In this document: piece by piece, positions 55,058-64,000 of the stretch
Position numbering within the stretch: the first letter of the stretch is position 1
Layout: the number at the start of each line of letters is the position of its first letter
Assembly: GCA_038496445.1 (NCBI GenBank)
Contig: JALMLS010000309.1
Span: 62,001 to 126,000, forward strand
Direction of reading: 5' to 3'
Length of the DNA stretch: 64,000 bases
Source of the DNA: Trichosphaerium sp. ATCC 40318
Taxonomy: Eukaryota > Protista > Tubulinea
Notes under the pieces: model-generated
What the model was told of the DNA's origin: nothing
The model's input: the letters and a program-made list of their open reading frames with translations, nothing else
Databases searched by the model: none
Made by a program: the position numbers and the translations under genes

Positions 55058-57066
55058 TCAATACTCCTAAAACAACAAAATCAGGAATCAAGTTTAAAAA
55101 AAAAACGTTGTAGTACCTCAGCATACTCTTCTTCTCCGTAGTACTCTTCTGCGTACTCTTCACCGTACTCTTCTGCATATTCTTCAGCATACTCTTCACC
55201 GTATTCCTCAGCATACTCCTCAGCATACTCTTCAGCGTATTCTTCGGCATACTCTTCTGCATATTCTTCCTCAGCGTATTCCTCTTCTCCGTACTCTTCA
55301 GCATACTCTTCCTCTCCATACTCTTCTGCGTACTCCTCTGTATATTCCTCCGCATACTCTTCGGCATACTCTTCAGCATATTCCTCAGCATACCCTTCAC
55401 CATATTCTTCAGCATACTCTTCTCCGTACTCTTCACCGTACTCTTCTTGTGCTGGCTCGGGTGTAGGAGCAACATAAGGGGCAAGTGTTGGTGCTGGAGC
55501 TGGTGTCGGAGCTGGCGCTGGAGCTGGTGTAGGAGCAACATAAGGAGCTGGGGTTGGAGCTGGTGCAGGCGTAGGTGCAACATAAGGGGCAGGTGTTGGT
55601 GCAGGCGCAGGTTTTGGTTTTGGTGCACTGTAAGGCGTAACTGCAGGTTTTGGTGCGCTATAAGGCGTAACTGCAGGCTTTGGTGTTGGCGCAGGTGCTG
55701 GTGCAGGTGTAGGCTTTGGTGCACTATATGGTTTTGGTGTTGGGGCAGCTGCAGGTTTTGGCTTAGGCTGCGACCATTTTGCTCTGTTTGCTACTGGCTT
55801 AGGTGCACTGTATGGTTTTGGTTTGGCTGGTGCTATAAAAAAAACAGTTATTAGATTTGTCACGTGACTTTTAACCATTATATTTGCAACAAAATTTTCA
55901 AGGCCTAACTAATAACTTACGCTTGTATCCTCCACTATTCCAAAAAACAAAGCGTCAGTAGTATTTGGAATGCAAACAAAGGGTTTTTTTGAACTTTGTT
56001 TATGTGAAAAAGAAACAAATTCTTGTGTGGTGATGTTGTTGCGTACAATTTTCTTGGTGATGCACCAGGTCTCCTCTTTGGTTGTGGTTTCTTCTCTTGA
56101 AGTTTCATCTTTTGTTCAAACTGCTTTGCTAACCTTTAAACAAGTGAGTAAGCCCAAAAAAAACAAAACTTCATGAAAAAAAAAAAAAAGAAGAAACATA
56201 CGAAGAAGCACCACTACTTGCTCCAGTGTTGAATCCACTGCTTGATTTCTTTGGTACTGTTGCCTTCACAACTGGCGGTCTCTTAGGTTGTACTTTAGGT
56301 TGAGTTTTAGCAGCAGCAGGCCTGTTCCAACGCTATCAAAAAAAAAAGTTAGTTTTGCAAAAAAAAACGCTTGGATGAGGTTTTTAACGTTGTTTTTGCA
56401 ATTTTCAAGGTACGTACAGGTGCTTGAGAAGGTGCAGATGATCTTGGCATAACAAACTTCTTTGCAGTCTTTTTAGGTGCTGATGGCTTGTTTTTATTCC
56501 AAAACTAAACCCACAGTCATTAATCATTGTAATAACAGCGTATGGTGGGTTTTTAGTTAGGTGAACAAAACGTACTTTATTTGTAGCCTGCTGGTTAACG
56601 ACTGGTCCTCGCTTCTTTGGTGCTCCAGCGCGTGGCTGGTTCTTAGGCTTGTTCCAGTACGCGTTTCTCTCGTTAGTTTTGTCGAAATTGTTGCGTTGTG
56701 CCCTTTTGTAACAGAGTTAGAGGGTTGTTGAGTTGTAGACTCTTCGCACGAGTTAGCAAACGCCGCTTGTTGGCCTTGTCGGTCCCTTTGTACACTTTCT
56801 TGATGCAAAGCCTTTACATTAATTGCTTCACCGCCCTTAGCGTTTTCCACCGTCTCAGTGTTCTAAATAACGGCGTATGAGCACTTGGTCGTTATAAAAT
56901 AAAACCAAAGATACAAACGCACCGTATGGTCTGCGTCAGTGTCCCACGTATCGTCGTCATCACTCCATGAAGAGTCCTAGCAAAAATTGTTATGAACTGC
57001 ACAATTTCGTCACTACTTGTGTATACGCACGTCATTTCCATCAGGCATATCAATAAATCGGGACAT
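55058..57066 (-). CDS. Low-complexity cytoskeletal-type protein: cortactin-NTA-like N-terminus, basic Pro-rich middle, poly-EEY acidic tail
   Basis: Spliced model MSRFIDMPDGNDDSSWSDDDDTWDTDADHTNTETVENAKGGEAINVKALHQESV...(PAPAPTPAPYV)n...(EEYA/G)n, with final exon GAGTATTGA giving a C-terminal EEY*. Confidence 0.7.
55117..55832 (-). repeat. Coding repeats: Pro/Ala/Thr/Lys units and ~25 EEY(A/G) units
   Basis: Degenerate ~12-nt period at 55117-55447; PAP/PKP repeats at 55450-55832. Confidence 0.9.
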
Positions 57067-57519
57067 GATGCTAAGGTGCTATGTTGTAGAATTCTGACTT
57101 GGAACGAAACAAAACCAACGACGAGACTACTTTTTTAGGCGCTGTTGTCTAAATTCTACCCTACATTTCACTATGTAACAGCTGATATTGTTCGCTCCAA
57201 AAACCAACTTGTAGTACGCCAAGCGGTTGACATAGCTTGGAGTTCTTGCTAGTACAAGTTTTAGTTCGTTAAATAGAGAATTTTTGTTCACGTGCTTAAA
57301 AACTTGGCTTTTGGCTCGCGCGAAAGGACCAACGGCCGTTCAGATCTGTACGTTCTTTTCCAACCAATAACCATGTTTTTAGAGAAGTTGATGAAGGATA
57401 CAAAAACCAGGAAGCTGGAGTGTATTTTAACAGAACATTACGAACAGAAGTTTTCCGAATAAAAAAAGAGCGATGCGTTCAAGGTTATTCTTCATCCCTT
57501 TCACTTAGTACAACACATC

Positions 57520-57853
57520 ATGGGTAAGCACCACATACATTCTCACACGACAAGGGTTATCACTATCTTTGTGGTGATAGCCTTCTTGTTATCTATTTGT
57601 TTTATTTGTAAATAAATTTGAGGCTAACTCAAGTACTAGCTCACGGTGGTTTGGCACAAGCTGGTAAAGTAAGAAACAAGACTCCTAAAATCGCTCCATC
57701 CGAGAAGAAACGTCTCGTACGCGGACGCGCATACAAGCGCCGACTCTACAACAAGCAAGTCATTGATTATTTTATTTTGTTGAGTACTTATTTTTTCTCA
57801 TTAGGCGCTTTGTTAATGTCGAAACACAAGGTCCTGGTGGTCGTCGTCGCTAG
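57520..57853 (+). CDS. RPS30: 40S ribosomal protein eS30 (unfused)
   Basis: Spliced [45 protein letters not shown]...*. The second intron is GC-AG (57755-57804). Confidence 0.93.
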
Positions 57854-58166
57854 ATAACATGGCTTGTTAAATATCAAAGGCAAAAAAAACCCTTTACTGT
57901 TAATTCTCGCATCAAAAACTCCTTCAACGTATTGTACTGGACATAATTGAGATAATAAAAGTTAATTTTTGCCACGTGACCGCAAATGAAGAAAAAAATA
58001 AGACACAGACCCAATTCGCAACTAGAACGATTTGAACTTAAAGAAGCTATCCGCTCTTTCATTATTATCGCGTAGTAAACCACTAAAAGCCCAAAATTCA
58101 TGATTTTCTTGCCAATTATAATTTGTATGACTTTTCCAACCTCTTTTACACCAAAACTGTACGCAA

Positions 58167-59657
58167 ATGAAGCTTCTCGTTGCTATTATACTCGTAGCTT
58201 CTTTATATGAGATTGCTAGTGCAATTGAATCACCTATAATCGGTATTGTTGGTTTACCTATCTCTGAGGTGCGTAAGGCGGTCGTAAATCAATAATAAGG
58301 CGATTTGCAACGCTAAAACATGCTTAAACAGGGTTGTATCGCCAAAAAACGAAGTGTGGATTATATGGCCACAACAGGACATTCATCATGCTTCACAAGC
58401 TACTACGTAAAGTGGATTGAATCAGGAGGTACGAATTCGCTTTCTAAGCCAGACTTCTTATTAACCGCTTTTTTTTTTCGCATTAGGAGGTAGAGTCCTT
58501 CCTATAGAGTGCGTCCACCTGTTCTTTACTTAATTTCAGCCACGTTTTTTGAAATTCATTCATTTACAACGAAAAATGTTGGACTTCGCAAACTGAGCGA
58601 CTCATGCATCTTTAGATATGATACACCTCCAGAAGAACTTGAGGAAATATACAAACACATCAATGGTGTACTTTTCACTGGTGGTGAACTAAAAACATTG
58701 GGTCTCAACACACCATATGTTAAAACAGCTGCACACTTATTGAAATTATCCATGAGCGATCCAAAGGATTACTTTCCGATATGGGGTAAGGACAAAGACT
58801 TTGTTAATGTCACAACTTTGTCACTAATTATTTTTTCTTTTACAGCTACTTGTGAGGTAACCCACGTGATCAGTAAACTAAATTGTGTTGCTTACAAAAA
58901 AAAAATTAAATGTTAAATTAGGGATTCCAAATGATGCACGTGTTGATTTCTCAACACTTTGGCGATGAATTGCTATCAAGAGTTGACGCTGAAGATATCA
59001 GCTGGCCTTTGTCTTTGACAGCAAATGCACGTAGCTCCCGACTCATGAGTAATCTTCCAACAGAGGTAAACAATTAACATTATTTTGTTGCTTGCTTTTT
59101 TTTCAACATTTTGTTGATTTTTCTTTAGGTCGTTGACATCCTGGCTAGTAAAAATGTGACATTGAATTTTCATTCATACAGTATAGCTCCTTCCGCATAC
59201 ACAAAATACCCAGCACTACCAGCTTTCTTTGATGTTCTATCAACTAACCTTGATCGAAATGGTGTTGAGTTTGTATCAACTGTAGAAGCCAAGAATTACC
59301 CAATCTATGCCTCACAATGGCATCCAGAGAGACAACAATTTGAATTCAACGTGCAAGATACCGGGCTTGTACATACTTATGATTCTATACGCGCAAACCA
59401 AGCAGTAAGAACCAACAAACAATTTCGCAAGAAAAAAAACCTATAGTTTGACGAATTATACTCATCACGGTTCTAGGCGTCTGCATTCTTTATTAATGAG
59501 TGCCGTAAGAGTAATCACTCATTCTCAAGTGAGCAAGAAGCTGAGAAATACTTAATTTACAACTACTCGCCTGTATTCACTGGTGCTAGCCGTCAAGGTA
59601 ACAAATACAATTATTGAAAAAAAACACTTACCTTTTTTGCTAGTGTACACGTTTTAG
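58167..59657 (+). CDS. GGH: Gamma-glutamyl hydrolase (peptidase C26) with signal peptide
   Basis: [36 protein letters not shown] (catalytic Cys), [20 protein letters not shown] and LIYNYSP motifs. Confidence 0.9.
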
Positions 59658-60226
59658 AAACCATAATAATGAGCATAAAATACAATATGTACTGTACACC
59701 GCAATAGAATAGATTGCTGCCAAATTAGTTTATGGATATACTTTTTTTTACTCATTCTTTCATTGGTTGCTCCTATTTTTGCTTCTCCCTCAACTTTGAC
59801 ACAATCAACTACAACATTCGTTCATCCAGAGCACGTGATTATTACATTGGTAAAGAGTTGAGTGCACATTTAATTTGTTCAAATTGAGCGCACGCTTCCC
59901 ACAATCCTTTCGAAGCACAAAAGGAGACGTTTGAGTAGTTTTTTGAACGAAATTAATGTACTGTTTGGGCTTTGATAATTTTAGAATCCTTTCTTACTCC
60001 ACGTTTTCTCGCCGTGTTTACGTTTCCAAAAAGACGTTGACTGTTTGTACTGGTGTGAACTTGTCAAAACGCTATCGGTTTAAAAAGCCATCCCAAAAGA
60101 CAACGTGTACCAGCATACGCCGCAAGTTGCGTTAAAACGGGAGTTTGACCACTATTGACACAGTACAAAAACTACAGGCTTGTATAACGCGCAGCATAGG
60201 TGTAACGCTATTTTTAAACTGTTTAT

Positions 60227-61667
60227 ATGGAACTGGATGGGTACTCATCATGGAAAGAATTACACGACGCATACCAGCCTACAAACCTATCCAGACCTTC
60301 TCTGACGTTAGAACACAAAGATAACGCGTTTTCGGCGCTTCCGCTTCAAATTAGATCAAAAATAATAGCGTACCTAAAGGTGCTAGACGTTATCAGTTTA
60401 GAGAGTGTGAGCCACCGCACTCGTAAAGTAACAGATTGCGACGAAACTTGGTTTGTACTCCACGAACGCTATTTTGGAGGAGTTGGAAGCGATGTAACAT
60501 CTACAAATGCAAGCGCATGCACCAAAGAAGATTTTAAAGACCGTTGGAGCAAAGACTCGTTAATTCGTCTTGAAGATAGCGCTAAAGAATACAAAGGATA
60601 CTATAGCATGTCTTTGCACAAGGAGGAGAAAATACAAGGCGATCAGGTCATGACACTGTTAATAGGTAACGTACACATTTTACAAGCCATGAAATGGAAT
60701 ACACCCAACACCAAGAACGACGTCTTTGCAAAGAATCATCATTTTGCCGCTTCAAAGCGTTTTGTTCCAAAACAAGTTATTTTTATACTCTAAAGCGTTG
60801 TGTTTGTGCCTTATTCCTTCTATCCATTGACACGGCTTTGCTCTTAGGACTTGACGGCGCTGGGAAGAGTCATATTCTACAAAACCTCACAGACACAAAA
60901 CCAACACCTAGCGGGAACACATACGTACCTACGCTCGGTTTTGACCGAGAAAAGGTAGGTCCACTGACTGTATGGGATCTTGGTGGACATACAAAAGTGC
61001 GTAGCTGTCTTCTGACTTTATATGTCTAACTTCGTCCATCGTCCTCTTAGATCCGCCAAATGTGGAAGAACTATCTTTTAAAGGCAAAGTATATAATATG
61101 GGTAGTAGATGTATCAGATACAGAGCGTATGGCAGAAAGTAGAGATGCACTACATACGATATTATCAAGTAAAGACTTAAATATTACCAAGCTACTTGTT
61201 TACGCAAACAAGTTTGATACACCAGGTGATCATTCAGCTGAGGTGCGTAATAAGTATATGTAGTCTAGATGTGTTCTAAAGGATATTTAATGCTAGGGTA
61301 TCGCAAAAGTACTAGATCTTCAGGGATTGAGACGTATTAACTGGCTTGTGCAGCCTTGTAATACTATTGACACGGTACGTGGTATCTCCACTACGCGTAG
61401 AGGAAAAAAGATGATTTGTTTGTTTTGGCGTTTTTGAACGTATTACTAAGTTGTATTGTTGTTTAGGATGGCGCAGAAGGTATTAAAACTGGTATTGAGT
61501 ACTTGACTTCAAATATTATAAATCCTCGGATGTTTAGGCCAATAGAGGCTGTACTTGACTATGATACTGAAACTGTTGTACGTAGAAGCAAGCGATGGCT
61601 CACAGAAAAATTGTTTTCGTGTTGCCAGCCCAGTGACCGCTATTCAGCACTTAATGACGAATGGTGA
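60227..61667 (+). CDS. F-box fused to an Arf/Arl-family small GTPase
   Basis: F-box FSALPLQIRSKIIAYL...SLESVSH. Intron 60666-60847 gives VMTLLIGLDGAGKS; then PTLGF, WDLGGH, IIWVVD, LVYANKFD and WLVQPC. Confidence 0.82.
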
Positions 61668-61958
61668 CATACCAGCATGTGTTATTTATGTTTACAGAGT
61701 TTCTGAAATGAATCCAATAAAAGTGTGAAAAGACTAGACAATTGTATTTGTTGTCAAGATTCTCAAAATTTTCCTGTTCTTCTTGCAGTCAAACTTAAAG
61801 CACTAACCAAAGTGTCATATTCGGCCTTCCTTTGGTATAGTTTGTAAAACTGTAGTAATATTATTCGTTCTGGCTATTGTACCCACATCCCAACAAGAGC
61901 CTCCGAGAGTAACCATTCTTTTCTTGTTTATCAATTTGGATTTTTTTTCTGAGAATTT

Positions 61959-63930
61959 TTATTTGTTTGTTTTCACATCAGGCTCAGGTTTTATTGTTTT
62001 TTGAGTTTTTAATCTAGCTTTAATGTATTCTGCTAGTTCATTTCTATTTACTTTATCTTGTGTTGACGCCTCAAGATCTTTTACCATTACAAATCCTTCT
62101 TTAAGTTCTGTTTCACCAGCAATTACAGCAAGTGGAATATTATTATCATTACAATAATTCATCTGTCGTCTCACTTTTGGGTTTACCTTATAGTCAAACT
62201 CTGCATTTATACCAGAAGACCACAATTCATTACATATTCTTAACCTATCTTCAGGAGGAATCTTGACACCAACCTACAATGAGACTAAGTTAACAACAAA
62301 AAAACTGTCAAGCCACAAAAAAATTGGTTGCAGCTCAATAACTCTTTCTTTGGGAGGGTATCACTTACAACCATAACATCTGTATCACTTTCTCTAGTTT
62401 CTTCAGCATTTAAGGAATCTTTTTTATGCTGTAGGATACGTTCAACACCAATACAAAAACCAACAGCTGGCATATTTCTATCACAAAACTTCGTGATCAA
62501 ATCATCATATCTTCCACCACCAGCAATAGAACCAACAGCAGCATTACTGGCTACAGCTTCAAAAACAACACCAGTATAATAATCAAGACCACGTGCCAAG
62601 CTCAAGTCAAACGACACCTAGGTGAGCGTTTAACGCTGATAGAAAAAGTAAGATAATACCTTATCCAAACAAGAAAGTGCATCAAGGTATTTGAAAAGCA
62701 CTTCAAGCTCATCCAATGCTTTCTTCGCTCTTTCATTTTCACTTATTTCGTTATCTTCCCTCAGCCTTTTCAATAGCTCCATTGGTTCACCTTATACGAG
62801 TTACACAAGGGAAAAAAAAACAAAACAAAAGTTACCTTTGAAGTCCATGTATTCTCCAATACTATCTGCAATCTCTGCTGTTAAACCCTTTGTCAGCATC
62901 TCATCACGCACTGCACTCCATCCCTTTGAGTCGATTTTATCCACAGCAGAGCAAATACTACGAAACTTATCTTCTGCTACACCACATATCTCAAACATTC
63001 CATCGAGCAATGCTCTGTGTGATACTTTAATTGTAAAGTCTCCAATATCAACTTCTGAAAGTATTTCAGCACAAAGCTTGATACAATCTGCATCAGGTAA
63101 CATTGGAGATGCTTCCTCTCCAGCAATATCATAATCCTATATCACGTGATTAGTCATCCTGGAAAAAAGGGCGTGGAAACCATTTTTCTGTGACAGGAAG
63201 AAAATGTTAATGTAAAACTTGTCAACTGCTCATCGTTTTGGATGACAAAATGTGTGAGCCAAGTCTTGAGGAAGTTGAATTGCATATATGCGACTAATAG
63301 TGTATACACAATACGTACACACTGATAAAACTCTCTATAGCGACCTTTTGTAATTTGAGGGCCTTCACGACGCCAAACTTTAGCGATTTGATATCTCTTT
63401 ATCTTTCTGATCAAATGAGTTGCACAATAGCGTGCCAAAGGTACAGTAAGATCATAACGTAGTGCCACACGCTCAGTTTCCTGTTGAGCAAGCTCAAATA
63501 TTTCTTTTTTGGAGTCCTCACCGTACTTCTCTGAAAGAAACTTAATCAGTGAATTGCCATGACATTTGTGACATTACATGTCATTGTTAACGGCCCAAGC
63601 GTACCTGTTAATGTACTCTGAAGTTCATATATAGGTGTATCAATAGTTCTAGCACCGTGGCGTCTAAAACAACGCCTTATAACGTCAAATGTTTTTTCTC
63701 GTATCAGCATGTCTGCAGGCGCTGTAGGAGGATCATAATTAGTTTAAATGATGCTTTAAGATCCATTTATGGCGTTTATTAAGCGTACAGAAGTCTCTGG
63801 TTCCTGTAGGCAGTTTTGGTTTTCTTGTTTTTTGTTTGTTTTTTTTTTGGTGCTCCGCTATTGAAACAAATGAGTTGAAGCGATTTGAAATAAAATTAAG
63901 CGTTTCTGTTGATGTATACTTTACACTTCA
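61959..63930 (-). CDS. HARS: Histidyl-tRNA synthetase (5' end uncertain)
   Basis: [57 protein letters not shown] and GVERI motifs, then an anticodon-binding domain. Confidence 0.95.
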
Positions 63931-64000
63931 TTGTTTCATGTCAATTAACGCGTAAAAATCATATTTAAACGTAAATTAATCATTTTAAGCTATTAATAAG

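Noticed and set aside
55014-55854. Long alternative-frame ORFs (His/Gln/Leu-rich; Trp/Cys/Arg-rich)
   Set aside because: Shadow frames of the Pro-rich and EEY coding repeats.

Overview
Gene-dense, AT-rich eukaryotic DNA with many short spliceosomal introns (mostly ~35-200 nt; donors often GTACGT, GTAAG or GTATGT). It is most likely from a free-living protist and looks amoebozoan-like, but the taxon is an inference. The ORF track fragments most genes, so the gene models below were spliced by hand. Conserved genes: two tandem 2OG-Fe(II) oxygenases, an ENT-domain protein, an NHL-repeat protein, an amidohydrolase, a CUE-Smr nuclease, Prp16/DHX38, SSRP1/Pob3, a Delta12 desaturase, a KDM1/LSD1-like demethylase, eS30, gamma-glutamyl hydrolase and HisRS. 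The main candidate system is a family of F-box/LRR genes: five apparently intact, one mosaic pseudogene and one exact orphan fragment. Its 22-aa (66-nt) LRR modules have a nearly constant framework and variable concave-face residues. Two inverted paralogs with almost identical promoter, intron and F-box carry these modules in different orders, which suggests a combinatorial, VLR-like repertoire of SCF substrate receptors. The family is linked to a ~2.2-kb inverted repeat carrying two four-helix membrane proteins whose exons diverge far more than their introns. Unusual domain architectures include LRR-WWE-CH-CH, KDM1-SRI, F-box-Arf, and a cortactin-NTA-like protein ending in ~25 EEY units. CACGTG motifs look strongly enriched. 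No rRNA, tRNA, CRISPR array or transposase was recognised.
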